A stretch of DNA of 64,000 bases, taken from assembly GCA_964016885.1 (NCBI GenBank), contig OZ024749.1:2790001-2854000 (forward strand). Reading direction: 5' to 3'. The position numbers and the translations under genes were made by a program. This document shows, piece by piece, positions 13,907-29,643 of this stretch; position 1 is the stretch's first letter, and each line of letters opens with the position of its first letter. The notes under the pieces are model-generated. The model did no database searches, was not told the origin of the DNA, and saw only the letters and a list, made by a program, of their open reading frames with translations. The stretch is from Eledone cirrhosa. Lineage: Eukaryota.

Positions 13907-14030
<124 letters not shown>

Positions 14031-14745
14031 CATGTAAACAGAAATAAAGAAACGAACGGTACAGTATATGGAAGGATATATTAACGCTTGAAATAGCTGG
14101 AAGACCATCCTAACTTTTCGGACGCTAGTCTTTCATCGGAAGAAAGAATGAGGAATTAGAGAGATTGAGGGGACAGACAGGGCGAAATAGGAAAAAAAAA
14201 TGTCTTTATATAAAACATTCCTGTTGCCAACTCTTGGAAAACTGGCGTTTTGTGTAAGATTTTTTACACCTTTTTAGAAAAGTGGAATATGGAGCGCGTC
14301 TCTCTCTATATATAAACGGCGGGCTTCTGATAAGCTAGAGGAAAGCCAGAGAGTCCATAGGGTCGTGGAGATTGAAGCCGGTGATGGTGGTGTGGTGGGG
14401 TGGTGGTGATGAACGTATGTAGCGTTAGAACTGTTATCTTCTTTCAAGAGATACATTGTTTAAGACCCCCCACCTCCACCAGCTTAAAGTACAACAGCAG
14501 CAGCTCCATCTATACCAACACAACACCACCTCCACATCACACATACAAATATATATATATCCAAAACCTACATACATATATATATATATATATACGTATA
14601 TATATAAAAAGGATCGATCGACTTTCGTCAAGGACATAACGCATCGCTCGGTCCAGGAATCCAACTCATAACCTCAAGATTGTATATATATATATATATA
14701 TACACACATATATATATATATATACACACATATATATATATATAT

Positions 14746-14786
<41 letters not shown>

Positions 14787-14791
<5 letters not shown>

Positions 14792-14893
14792 GAACGAGTA
14801 GGACCCCGACGGCTGATCTCAAGCCGTATCGAGTCCAGAATTAACCGTCGAAACGGCTTGAGCTCAGCCGTCGGGGTCCTATTCGTCCCTATT
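14787..14893. repeat. Inverted repeat; related copy at 21840-21930
   Basis: taggaccccgacggctga..tcaagccgt / acggcttga..tcagccgtcggggtccta. Confidence 0.75.
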
Positions 14894-15000
14894 ACCCACT
14901 CTATTACCCTAAGTATTGAGTACTTTGGTGCGTTATGGTCAATCTGGTTTCTTACCACATTTCCTTCGTTATATATATATATATAGAGAGAGAGCGAGAG

Positions 15001-15081
<81 letters not shown>

Positions 15082-15169
15082 GAGGTTATATTTAAATTGT
15101 TGGGATTCAACAAGCTTAAACATTTTTATAACTGATATAAAGCACTCAACAGATTAGTGGAGTAAATAC

Positions 15170-16256
15170 ACAATATATTAATAAATGGAAACTATATTTA
15201 TAATACCATATTTATTTTATTATATATATTTCAAGGGCAACCAAGGCAAATTATGGTGCGCTTTCATCAGATACAATACAGATTGGTTTTATAAATATAT
15301 ATTGACATACCCGGAAAAAAGAGAACCTTAACGGTTGGAGCTTCCTGGATAGTGGAGATATTATTTTATTGAGGGTAATACAAAGTTATGAGTGAGTATG
15401 CAAATGAGTGTCCGAAAAGTTGAAAAGATAACGGTTTATTTAAATTAAACTGTTGGAAGAAGAGGATATGTATAATATATAATTGTTTCTACATTTGGCA
15501 CAAGGCCAGCAATTACCCAGTACATTATTGGTACTTTATTTTATCGACCTCGTAAGGATGAAAGGCAAAGTTAACATGAAAGTTAACATGAAAGCATGTC
15601 CGACCCTCTACCGATACTGCCAATTCACATATGTAATATAATATAAATACTTCTGTTTTAATTTTAATTTTTAATTTTAATATTAATATTAAATTAAATT
15701 TTTAATATTCAAGTAAATTTTAATCTTTAATTTCGATTTTTAATTTTAAATAATATTTTTAAATATTTAATTTTCAACTTATCATTATAAATATTATAAT
15801 CACAACGTAATGAACCCTACATTCTGAATATTATTCTTCCACGTTAATCTTATTTCTTCTTTCACTTAGGTATATTTATGTTCTCTATATTCCTCCATTA
15901 AAATTTATTTCTTCGTTTACTTTGATTATCTTCACTATCACTATGTATAATCGTTCTTTCTTCTTCTTCTCTTTCTCCTTCCTTTTCTTCTCTCTCCCTT
16001 ACATATCCTCTTCTTCCAACAGTTTAATTTAAATAAATCGTTATCTTTTCAACTTTTCGGACACTCATTTGCATACTCACTCATAACTTTGTATTACCCT
16101 CAATAAAATAATATCTCCACTATCCAGAAGGCTCCAACCGTTAAGGTTCTCTTTTTTCCGGGTATGTCAATACTTATTTATAAAACAAATCTGTATTTTA
16201 TCTGATAAAATAAATATGGTTTTATAAATATAGTTTCCATTTATTAATATATTGTA
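15170..16256. mobile_element. Penelope-type inverted repeat (~260-300-bp arms) with a hammerhead at 15215-15276 (-). Family members at 9725-9890, 22485-22640 and 29020-29200.
   Basis: 15170-15472 is the reverse complement of 16000-16256. All four family copies show minus-strand CTGATGA-hairpin-GAAATA..TATA. Confidence 0.7.
15481..15628 (-). mobile_element. SINE with an internal deletion
   Basis: Same tail and body; B-box region missing. Confidence 0.8.
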
Positions 16257-16690
16257 TATATATATACATATACACATATATATATATGTGTGTATGGTGC
16301 GTATGTGTATGTATGTATATATGTCTGTATGTATGTGTACGTGTGTGTACGTGCGTGTATATGTATGTGTGTATGATGCGTATATGTATGTGTGTGTGTG
16401 TGTGTAGGAGAGAACACAGGCAAAAAAGAATGATTCGTTGGAAATGTCAGTAACTTCAAAATTTTAGAATGAATAGATTATTACGAATTCTACATGTGTG
16501 TGCATGTGTGTAAGCATGTGTACGTGTGTGTGCGTGTGTGTACCTGTGTGTATGTGTATGTATGTGTACGTGTGTGTAAGGAGACATTTCAGTGACAGTA
16601 AAAACATTCACTCACATTCCCACACGTGAACAGAAACAGTTTTACATCTGTGTTAAATAATTGATATAGAAGGAGAGAGAAATGCAGCGC

Positions 16691-16742
<52 letters not shown>

Positions 16743-16781
16743 GTCTATCTGTCTATCTATCTATCTATCTAACAATCGTTT

Positions 16782-17070
16782 TGCGAGAATGGCCCGAGTG
16801 AATGGGCCTTCTCTCTATATCAGTCTGTAGGTTGAGGAAAAAGAGGAGGAGAGGAAAGGAGTACAAACTCTTCGTACTCCTGCAGTTGAGGGTTGCACAT
16901 TTTTTTTCGGGGGTTTGTGTTACCCATATGTATTGTCTCCCCCTATTGGGGAAAATCGACTAATTTTTAAATTGCATTTGTGATAATATTTTACACGTTT
17001 TTATTGCATGTAAACTTCCCCCTTTGTATTTGTCCCCTTCTTTTGTGCCCCTGTGGCTAATAAAGAAACA
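16782..17070 (+). mobile_element. Third Tx1-type 3' fragment, with a 20-bp target site duplication
   Basis: Same 3' UTR; TATCTATCTAACAATCGTTT occurs at 16762-16781 and 17071-17090. Confidence 0.85.
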
Positions 17071-17113
17071 TATCTATCTAACAATCGTTTCATCTATTTA
17101 TACACAAACATAC

Positions 17114-17182
<69 letters not shown>

Positions 17183-17347
17183 TATACATGTATGTGTATA
17201 TATATATATATTTAGTAAAATAACAGATTTTAGTCTTCAAATTTATTATTACTATATATATATATATATATGTATGTATATATATATGTATATATATATA
17301 TATGTATGTATATATATATGTATGTATATATATATGTATATATATAT

Positions 17348-17412
<65 letters not shown>

Positions 17413-17470
17413 TATATGTATATATATGTATATGTATATATATGTATATATATGTATATGTATATATATG

Positions 17471-17504
<34 letters not shown>

Positions 17505-17681
17505 TATGTATATGTATATATATATACATATATATATACATATATATATACATATATATATATATATACATTCACATACACACACACACACATATATATA
17601 TAAATATCTATTTATGTATCTAACAATCTTTTTATATATATATATATACACATACATACACATTATGTATATGCACACACG

Positions 17682-17721
<40 letters not shown>

Positions 17722-18494
17722 CAGTCAAATAAATAATATATAGATACAGAATTAATTGGAGTAGAAAACAGCGATATATCGATGGATACATATATCGATA
17801 GATAGATAAATAGAGAGGGAGGGGGGAGATAGATAGATAGATAGAGTATGAGTGAAAGAGTGTGTAAGAGAAAAACACCCATAGCTGAATTGAGAGAAGT
17901 TGACAGCGAAAAACATCATTTAATGTACTTCTAGCTCCTGCGTGATAAATATAAATATTAACGGTTTCTCCTCATTCGTGCGTAAACACGGACTGGCTTT
18001 CTTGCTCCACCAATCAACGCTTAGCTCCTCAACAATAAGATGGCCGCCATTATCAAGATGTCCTCTTTTCAACCATACTAGCTTTTGTATAATACGGACT
18101 AACATACTGAACTCTCATTATTTAAACATTCATGTGCCTTTACAAATTAGGTGTACATAACTACGAGTATACTTACATCAACACACATAAATATATATAT
18201 ACATATAATATATATATATATATATACACAAACATATATATGTATATACATATACTTATATATATATACACAAACATATATATGTATATACATATACTTA
18301 TATATAAATAAATATATATATATATACATACACACACAAGCATATATATGTATATACATATACTTGTATATAAATAAATATATATATATATATATACAAA
18401 AACATACACATATACTTATACATAAATGAAGATATACAAAAATACATACACACACACACACACGTATATATATGTTTATCCACACACATACACG

Positions 18495-18533
<39 letters not shown>

Positions 18534-19000
18534 GTACGCATATATATATATATATATATATATATACACCCATATATATATTGCGCATACAAATATATAC
18601 AGATATATATTAATTTCTTCATTTAATCCGTTAAACATCCGTATAGAGCTAGTTAGCCATGACAGGGTTGGTAGTACCCAGTACAGTTAAAAAACAAGAA
18701 AGAAGAGGCAAAATGAAAGTGAAATAAGACGGGAGAGAAATGAAGTGTATTACAATAAAACAGTGAAACACAGGAAGTAGAATGTAGCTAAATGTTTCGT
18801 AGCCGCCATCTTCTGATATGGTTGCTAGATACTTGACAATATATTCTACCTCCAATCTTGCTAGTTTTCTTTAAATACCAGTTTCAAGCTCTCACAGACT
18901 TGTAGACAAAGGTAGGTAATGATGTTATTCTCAATGACCTGTTCAAAGGTGTATATGATGCGTTGGAAGCCTACACAGTGTTATTTTATTAACATTATTA

Positions 19001-19756
19001 AGGTGGATTGACAGTATCCGTAGAGGGTCGGACGCCATTCTTTGACGCATAGAGTTACGGCCCTTGCCATTCTGAGTTCAAATGCCGCCGAGGTTAACTT
19101 TGCCTTTCATCCTTACGGGGTCGATAAAATAAAGTACCAGTAATGCACTGGAGAATTGCTGGCCTTATGCCAAAAGTAGAAACAATTATTTTATTAACAT
19201 TATTCAGTGTCTGAAATGTTTCAGACGTTACCAGATCTGATTTAAACAATGCTGAGTTGAAATTTGAGAATCTCTGGACATCTTTCATCTTTCCATCCTC
19301 AACTAATTACGTGTTTGTTAAATGATACCGCATGATTTGGAGTGTACTCTATATCTATTATTTCCTTTTGTCGGTGGTTTGGCAGTATCGGTAGAGCGTC
19401 AGACACCATGCTTTGCAGCATAGAGTTATGGCCCTTTGTGTTCTGAGTTCAAATCCACTGAGATTAACTTTGACTTTCATCCTTACGAGGTCAATAAAAT
19501 AAAGTACCAGTGGTGCACTGGGGCAATCGCTGGCCTTGTGCCAATAGTAGAAACTCTATTTGAGGGCGGTGAATTGGCAGTATCGGTAGAGGGTCGGACG
19601 CCATGCCTTCCATCATAGATTTAGACCCCTTTATCGTCTGAGTTCAAATCCTGCCGAGGTTAACTTTGCCTTTCATCCTTACGGGGTCAATAAAATAAAG
19701 TACCAGTAATGTACTGGGTAATTGCTGGCCTTGTGCCAAAAGTAGAAACAATTATT
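19001..19756 (+). mobile_element. Cluster of three SINEs (19001-19190, 19372-19556, 19564-19756)
   Basis: Each has A/B boxes, the body and a ggcctt(g/a)tgccaa.agtagaaac tail. Confidence 0.9.
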
Positions 19757-19832
19757 TATTTTTGTCATCCCTCCTTTGCTAATTCCTGTTGCCTTGTTTT
19801 TATTCGTTGTTCTGTCTTTGCCCCTTTTCTTA

Positions 19833-19867
<35 letters not shown>

Positions 19868-19872
<5 letters not shown>

Positions 19873-20016
19873 GAAATATAAGCCATCGCTGTATTTTGAC
19901 TAAAGAAATTATTTAGCCTGATAGTGGGTTTTCCATTTCGCCGAGGGTTCTTAATCCCACTATCAGGCTAAATAATTCCTTTAGTCAAAATACGGCGATA
20001 GCTTATATTTCTAATT
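19868..20016. repeat. Near-perfect inverted repeat with ~63-bp arms; related copy at 22010-22115
   Basis: aattagaaatataagc...gcctgatagtggg / cccactatcaggc...gcttatatttctaatt. Confidence 0.8.
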
Positions 20017-20050
20017 TCAAAAACTCGCTCGCCGTTTCGAAAATATTCTT

Positions 20051-20095
<45 letters not shown>

Positions 20096-20310
20096 TCCCG
20101 GGTTAAATCGGGGGTAACCACGGTAAGTAAGGTACTCAATATATTAGTAGAGTGTATACAACAACACTTTTTAAAATACAGAACTGGCTTTTATAGGGCG
20201 AGAACTGTTTCATTGGAATGAAACAGATCTCGTCCTGTAGAAGCCAGTTCTATATTAAATTTGGTGATATATATATATTAACATGTAGACGCGAGGGTCG
20301 ACATGTTAAA

Positions 20311-20402
20311 ACATATCTGAAGAGCTTCCGATTCCAGAGTCAGGTTCGATCATTAATAGATTGTTCCTCGAGCTGATCGACAGTGAAACATATGTAATAT
20401 GT
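20311..20402 (+). ncRNA. Type I hammerhead ribozyme with a long stem II
   Basis: ACATAT-CTGAAGA-GCT...AGT-GAAAC-ATAT-GTA-ATATGT; perfect 6-bp stem I and palindromic stem III. Confidence 0.8.
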
Positions 20403-20452
20403 AATCATATATGTATATGATGCAACATTAATTATTTGTTCCCTTATATATT

Positions 20453-20501
<49 letters not shown>

Positions 20502-20535
20502 CACACACACACACATATAATGTTATATATTATAA

Positions 20536-20568
<33 letters not shown>

Positions 20569-20870
20569 CATAAATATATGGGAGATATAGAGGTATGTGT
20601 AGTGTAAACACCATGTGGGACCGTTCCCATGTCTTTTAGTATGTATCGCATTGGAAACCTAAAGTTATTGCAAAAGAGACTGTCGCGTTACTGACTGATT
20701 TAAGCATCAGGCAGCCATAAATAAACGAATTCTGAACTTCGTAATCACCCAGTTGATTGGAACACGCAAAACCTATATCTATATATTACTAAATCTCTAC
20801 GATTGCTTGCTTGTCTCCAATGTAATACAGCCAAAAGGGCGCATAATTATGCGCCCATTTGGCTGTATTG

Positions 20871-20893
20871 GGTTAGGGTTAGGGTTAGGGTTA
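20871..20893 (+). repeat. Interstitial telomeric-type (TTAGGG)3-4
   Basis: ggttagggttagggttagggtta. Confidence 0.8.
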
Positions 20894-21734
20894 ATGGGAA
20901 AATACTTTGAAAGGAAGTTGACCATGAAATGCGAATACAAATGGAATAAAACAAGTTTCGCGTAAATCAGACCACGGGTTCCCGAGATAGAGAGAAGGAT
21001 AGAAAGATAAAGATAGTGTTTGTGAGAGAGAAGCTTGAAAGAGAGACATAGAGAGAGAAGGAGACTGAGAAAGAAATGGAAGAGAGAGAGCTGGTGGTGT
21101 TGTGTATATATTTATGTGAGTGTATCTGTGTGTGTCTATGACGATTGTTTATAGATCAGACACCCACATACACACACATACATTTATATACACACACACA
21201 AACATTTATATACACACACGTATATATATATATGGGCCTTCCAGTTTCATTTCACATTATATACATGTCTGTATATTTTAATTATTTAAAAAATATTTTA
21301 AAGTGAACGTGACCCAACGGGTCAAGTATATATATATATATGCGCACACACATACACACATATATGTATATATATTATATATACACATATACATACACAT
21401 ATAGATATATTTTATATATATATATGTATATATAAGAGAGTGGTGTATTATTTCAGGGTGTTTCTGCTGCTGTTAATCACGCACTTGTTATATGCATCTG
21501 ATTGCGTCAACGTTCAAGCAGTTGACGCTGTTTAACGCATTTGCATAGGAAAGATCGATATTGGTCAATATTGTTTAATCGATTCATTGATTATTATCTG
21601 CATAAGTTTACCATTTAGTCGACTATTTAGATAAGAGACGTATATATAATAACTGGCAGTTATCATATACAAACTTTGTATTTGCAGCCTACGAATCACA
21701 AAAAGAAAACAATTTTTCCATTCAATGGATTTCA

Positions 21735-21772
<38 letters not shown>

Positions 21773-21928
21773 CAATCAGATTTGTGAGATAGTCATCATA
21801 CGCTTGGACGAGTTAATATATATATATAGGAAAATGTTTAACCCCGACGGCAGAGCTCAAGCCGTTTCGATGGTATTGAATACTCTGGTGCGTTATGGTC
21901 CATCTGGTTCCTTACCACACCTCCTTCG

Positions 21929-21990
<62 letters not shown>

Positions 21991-22296
21991 CAAGTAAGTA
22001 TGTTTTGAAACAGTGAGCAGGTTTGAAATTAGAAAATAGAATAGCTTTCACCGTATATTTGACTAAATAAATTTTAGCCTGATAATGGGGTTTAGAACCC
22101 TCAGATAAATGGAAAAAGATGAGTATTGGCGTACATTTTTTGTGACACCCTGTATATATATATATAGTGGTGGAACACTGGAAGGTAATATCCGTAGTGG
22201 TAGAGCACTCAGTCCAAGGGACGAGTTAGGTAGAAGTGGTTACACAACCGTTAGTTCACCATACCGAGAACAATTGTTTCACCTTCGCAGATCTTC

Positions 22297-22336
22297 CCGA
22301 GCTGAAGATCCGCGAAGGTGAAACAATTGTTCTCGG
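22297..22336 (+). ncRNA. Minimal type I hammerhead within an inverted repeat with 66-bp arms (22231-22369)
   Basis: CCGAG-CTGAAGA-tccgcgaaggt-GAAAC-AATT-GTT-CTCGG. Confidence 0.75.
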
Positions 22337-22364
22337 TATGGTGAACTAACGGTTGTGTAACCAC

Positions 22365-22431
<67 letters not shown>

Positions 22432-23178
22432 TCATCATCGTTTAACGTCTATCTTCCACGCTAGGATGGGTTTGTATATATTATTCAAAATATTAATAAA
22501 TGAAAAATATTCTCATAATTATTATACTTATTTCAAAGGTACAATGGTGTTTAAGTACGTTTTCATCAGACAAAATATAAGATTTGATATGCGACATACC
22601 GCTACAGTTTTGATTATTCAATTCCAGTATTCGCAGTCACTATATATATAATAAATAATTTCTCAGCTGCATAGCCATTTTGGTATTGGTTGAAAGATAA
22701 CAGATATAGCGTCTCTATGACCTATGCTGGAGAATGTAACCTTAGGTAGTAGGTTACCGTGTTTAGACATGTTTTAGAATAATATATTTTGACTATGAGC
22801 TTAGCATAGAGTGCTCTTTTCCCTCTAAAAAGCTGCAATTCTTATTGTCACTTTATATACACTCTGCAAACTACAGCCGCCTAAACGTGGAGCACAACTC
22901 ACACGAGAGACAGACCCACAAGATCGAGTGATTCGACAAGCGTCACCGCTAGTAACCACAAGTATATATATATTTATACTAGTTGTAGTATGACCCTATC
23001 ATGACATATTTGACCGCACATCAACTCCGTCATGATATATTTCAGCCCCCTGATCTCTACTCAACCTCAGTAAATAAATCAATAAACAGAATATAAAATA
23101 GACAATTAAAACTAATTATGTATTAATTAGAATCCCGGAGAAGAAAGTTTTATTTTGTTGTATTATTTTATTTATATA

Positions 23179-23932
23179 CTAGCCGAATTACCCGCGCCTT
23201 GCTGCGTTTCACACATTTGTTTTGTAAGAAAATGATGATTGATTTTAAATCAGTGATATAATTTATGGAGATAAAATAAAGGGAAAATGTTAAAAAAGTA
23301 GAGGCATTAACTAATAATTTTTGTTGTCATAATTCTAGTGATCTTTTGCCATAAATAAAATGTCTAAATTAGCCAAATTTTACTATAAAAGAGAGGTGCT
23401 TTTTTAAACCCCAATTAGGGTGTCTTAATATCATTGAAATTTGCTGAAATTTGGTGAATAGGCATCATGTCTTGACATTTACCTATGGTTTAAATTTCAT
23501 ATAAATCGAAGGGAAAAAAATCTTCAGCGGGGGTTTGTGCCCCCGGGGCATCTTTTGATTATAATGAAATAAGGTACTCTGCTATAAAAGAGAGGTGCCT
23601 TTTTTGTTGATTTACATTTAATTAATAGAAAACCCCGTGATAATAGAGGTTCCAATACTCAAGTTATGGGCTTCCAAAATTTTAACTATGGGAAGTTTAA
23701 CCCCCATTACCTATGGTTTAAATTTCATATAAATAGAAGTGAAAAAAGTTTCAACGGGGGCAAGCGGGGGTTTGTGCCCCCGGGGAACCCTTTCATTTAA
23801 ATGAAATATACTTATCCAAGTACACTGGGCAATGTAGTTTCAGAATATATATGGTTGTGGGGGTCTATCTCCAAAACCATAGGAGTTCGTGAACAAACAA
23901 ACCAACAGACAGGAACTACAATTCTATTTAGA
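23179..23932 (-). mobile_element. Non-autonomous Helitron
   Basis: Minus strand begins TCTAAATAG...GTCTGTTGGTTTGTTTG and ends with a GC-rich subterminal stretch and CTAG|T. It has an internal ~200-bp imperfect duplication. Confidence 0.65.
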
Positions 23933-24308
23933 GTTCAAATCCCGCCGAGGGTAGCTTTGCTTTTCCTCCTTACGGGGCCGATAAAATAAAGTACCAGTAA
24001 TGCACTGGGGTTGATTTATTCACTTTCTCCTTCCCTTCAGATTGCTGGATTTGTGTCAAGAGCAGAAATCATTTTTATGTATTTAGGGTTGTGATTTGGC
24101 AGACTCGTTAGAGCGCCGGACAAACTGCTTCGTAGCTTTTTGTTACTGCTTTTTATCTTCTGAGTTCAAGTACCACCAAGGTCAAATTTGCCTTTCTTTC
24201 CTTTCTTCCGAGGTCGATAAAATAAAGTACCAGTCATAGAGTGAGGTCAGTATAATCAACTTTTCTATTCCCCATTAAATTGCTGAACTTGTTCAAAATT
24301 TAGAAACC
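23930..24308 (+). mobile_element. Two SINE copies, the first 5'-truncated
   Basis: gagttcaa...gataaaataaagtaccag occurs twice. Confidence 0.8.
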
Positions 24309-24869
24309 TTTTCTTATTTTTCTAGTGAACTTTCATAAGAGACAGAGCTCGATATCTATTGGTCCCAACACCCCTGCTTTATGTGGGTCTAACTTTCACC
24401 TTTAGTATGTTTATCCTGATGTCATATCAGTTTGCCAATGTAGAAGAGGATGAAAGATGGGAATATTTATAATATTTGCAATATATCCATAAATATATTT
24501 GCAATATATCCATAAATATTCAGTAGTGTTATCAACTTATTTATCTCTATTAATAGTTATTTAAATGAAAATTTGATTTAAAAATGTAATTATTTTTGTA
24601 AATAAAATCGGTGTTTATTTATTTATTGATAAAGTATTGGAAGATAGATCGTGTTTACAAATACATATATGTGTAGGTATATGTATATATACATTACTTA
24701 ATGACAACCTGCACGCCCACATATGTTGATACAATGCGATAACCAACACGTAGGAATTGGAGAGAGGAATAAAAGATAGACAGATACACAGTTGTTGAAA
24801 TTGTTATACAGTGAGAATAACAAGAGAAAGAGAGAAATGTTTAAACTTAGAGAAGAATAAATACGCAAT

Positions 24870-25370
24870 AGAGTGTGTATATTATGTTTCTAAAAAAAGT
24901 ATTGGAAATATTGCAGCTCCAAACCTGAGACGCTTGGCGGACTTTCAGCCATACTGTTGTAAAAGTAGGACACGTTGGATAAGAAAGTCTTGAAAGAGAA
25001 GCTTGGCGTGGAATGGTGAATGATGGGGTCCATAATTTTAAGGACAGACACATAGATCACGAGAAGAACAAACGGGATGTGCGCAAGCAATGCCTTGGTG
25101 TATCTCTCAAAATGATCGGTGTCTCCATTGAATCGGTGTACCCTGAGTGTGGAAAGCCATGTTCAAAGAGAACCAGTGAACTAAGATCTCCACGGTATTG
25201 TGAGGGTTCACAGGCAACCTGATTCAAGACCTGAGGCCAAGGAGATCCATAGTTGTTGTCAATGTGCGAAGGAGTACAAGTCTCTAGCAGGCTTGAAAAG
25301 CCATATCCGAGCGTCACACATCTGAATCTGACAAGCGATTGTAATACTCTTAGCAGAGCTTGCAGCCATC

Positions 25371-25375
<5 letters not shown>
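24870..25375 (+). mobile_element. Degenerate RTE-type LINE 3' end with C2H2 finger
   Basis: WRGMVNDGV...CCQCAKEYKSLAGLKSHIRASHI*, then gcagccatcatgta-(TA)n. Confidence 0.6.
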
Positions 25376-25435
<60 letters not shown>

Positions 25436-25440
<5 letters not shown>

Positions 25441-25807
25441 ATATGTATAATAAAGCCAAAACAATACAGGTATGGACATAGAATAAAGAATGCAAATGCA
25501 AAAGATATTGTTGACAATTAGTCTTTTACCTTAGATTTATTTAAATGTCCTTAATTTTCGAGATAATATCTCTTCTTCGGAAGGAAGTAAAGCGGTTACT
25601 ATTTCCTGTGAGCATGACTTGGCAAGCTATTTAGAACACTGGTTTAACCGCTTTACTTCCCTCCGAAGAAGAGATATTATCTCGAAAATTAAGGATATTT
25701 AAATAAATTTAAGATAAAAGACTAATTGTCAACAGTATCATTTGCATTTGCATTCTTTATTCTATGTCCATACCTGCATTGTTTTGGCTTTATTATACAT
25801 ATACAAA
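25436..25807. repeat. Inverted repeat with ~160-bp arms and a degenerate hammerhead core
   Basis: 25436-25598 is the reverse complement of 25645-25807; CCGAAGA-agagatattatctc-GAAA. Confidence 0.75.
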
Positions 25808-26639
25808 CGTTTATACCTCATTACACAATGCTTCAACTGAACTATAACTTCATACATATATATATATATATGTAGGTATGTATGTAAATGTGTATGTATG
25901 TAAGTATGTATTATGTATGTATTTATGTATACATAAACATTGTATAAAAAAGCTAAACTAGGTTTCTACATTAAATGTGTTTACATAACATTCGGGGATA
26001 TCTGCTACACAAAGTGAACATGAAACGGAGTTTATTATTCACTTTCATCTTTAGTTTGCAGAGCTGAACTAACTTATAGGTTTTTACCAAAAATTTAAAC
26101 AAACAAATGTTGTATATATGTATCTCTCTCTCTCTCTCGCACTTCCCTCTCTACCCCTCTCTCTATATACATATACATAAACACACACATATATATATAC
26201 ACATACATACATATATATATATATATATACATATATATGTATACATACATATATGTATACATATATATATATATACATACATATATGTATACATATATAT
26301 ATATATACATACATATATGTATACATATATATATATACATATACATATACATACATGTATATATATATACACATACATATATATATATATACACATACAT
26401 ATATACGTATATATATACACATACATACATACGTATATATATACACATACATATATATATACACATATTACATATAAATAAGCATACATATATATACGTA
26501 TATATATATACACATACATATATATATATACACATACATATATATATATATACACATACATATATACGTATATATATGTACACATACATACGTATATATA
26601 TGTACACATACATACGTATATATATATACACATACATAC

Positions 26640-27660
26640 GTATATATATATACACATACATACATACGTATATATATATACACATACATACATACGTATA
26701 TATATATACACATACATACATACGTATATATATATACACATACATACATACGTATATATATATACACATACATACATACGTATATATATATACACATACA
26801 TACATACGTATATATATATACACATACATACATACGTATATATATATACACATACATACATACGTATATATATATACACATACATACATACGTATATATA
26901 TATACACATACATACATACGTATATATATATACACATACATACATACGTATATATATATACACATACATACATACGTATATATATATACACATACATACA
27001 TACGTATATATATATACACATACATACATACGTATATATATATACACATACATACATACGTATATATATATACACATACATACATACGTATATATATATA
27101 CACATACATACATACGTATATATATATACACATACATACATACGTATATATATATACACATACATACATACGTATATATATATACACATACATACATACG
27201 TATATATATATACACATACATACATACGTATATATATATACACATACATACATACGTATATATATATACACATACATACATACGTATATATATATACACA
27301 TACATACATACGTATATATATATACACATACATACATACGTATATATATATACACATACATACATACGTATATATATATACACATACATACATACGTATA
27401 TATATATACACATACATACATACGTATATATATATACACATACATACATACGTATATATATATACACATACATACATACGTATATATATATACACATACA
27501 TACATACGTATATATATATACACATACATACATACGTATATATATATACACATACATACATACGTATATATATATACACATACATACATACGTATATATA
27601 TATACACATACATACATACGTATATATATATACACATACATACATACGTATATATATATA
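26640..27660. repeat. Homogeneous 28-bp minisatellite (TATATATATATACACATACATACATACG)n, ~36 copies
   Basis: Exact 28-bp period read directly. Confidence 0.85.
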
Positions 27661-28743
27661 TACACATACATACGTATATATATATATACACATACATACG
27701 TATATATATATATACACATACATACGTATATATATATATACACATACATACGTATATATATATATACACATACATACGTATATATATATACACATACATA
27801 CGTATATATATATACACATACATACATACGTATATATATATACACATACATACATATATATACACATACATACATATATATACACATACATACATATATA
27901 TACACATACATACATATATATACACATCCATCCATATATATATATACACATACATACATATATATATATACACATACATACATACATATATATACACATA
28001 CATACATACATATATATACACATACATACATATATATATATATACACATACATAGATATATATATATACACATACATACATATATATACGCATACATACA
28101 TATATATACGCATACATATATATATACATATATATACATATACATACATACATATACACACACACTTACATAAATATATATACATATATATACGCATACA
28201 TATATATACATATATATATATATACATACATATATATACACACACACATACATATATATATATATACACATACGTATATATACACACACACTTACATATA
28301 TATATATATACATATATACATATACATATATATACACACACACACACTTACATATATATATATACATATACACACATACATATACACACACACTTACATA
28401 TATATATATATATATATACACATACATATACACACACACACTTACATATATATATATATATATACACATACATATATATACACATACTTATATATATATA
28501 TATATACACATACATATATATATACACATACATATATATATACACATACATATATATATACACATACATATATATATATACATATATATATATACATATA
28601 TATACATACATACATATACACATACATACATACACACATACATACACACATACATACACACATACATACATACATACACACATACATATATATTAAAATA
28701 AAACAAAGAAGCCTTCAATACATCAAGTCTTTATTATATATAT

Positions 28744-28792
<49 letters not shown>

Positions 28793-28835
28793 CATATATA
28801 TATATATAAATACATATATATATATATAAATACAT

Positions 28836-28886
<51 letters not shown>

Positions 28887-28979
28887 AATACATATATATA
28901 TATAAATACATATATATAAATACATATATATAAATACATATATATAAATACATATATATATATAAATATATAAATATAT

Positions 28980-29010
<31 letters not shown>

Positions 29011-29323
29011 AATATATATACAATATTAAATAAATGGAAAACTATATTTATAAAACCATATTTATTTCATTATATATATTTCGGGGATATCATTAACAAT
29101 ATGCTATGCCTTCATCAGACAAAATACAATATAAACAGTTTTATAGACAAATAGGTTCGACATACCGTTATAACACCGACTTTTTGAATATAACTTTCCA
29201 TGTATAAATATATATATATATATAAATACATATATATATAAATACATATATATATAAATACATATATATATAAATACATATATATATAAATACATATATA
29301 TATAAATACATATATATAAATAC

Positions 29324-29354
<31 letters not shown>

Positions 29355-29603
29355 AATACATATATATAAATACATATATATAAATATATAAATACATATA
29401 TATAAATATATAAATACATATATATAAATACATATATATAAATATGTAAATACATATATATAAATACATATATATAAATACATATATATATATATAAATA
29501 CATATATAATAAATACACATATATATATATAAATACATATATATAAATACATATATATAAATACATATATATATATATAAATAAATACATATATATATAT
29601 ATA

Positions 29604-29643
<40 letters not shown>

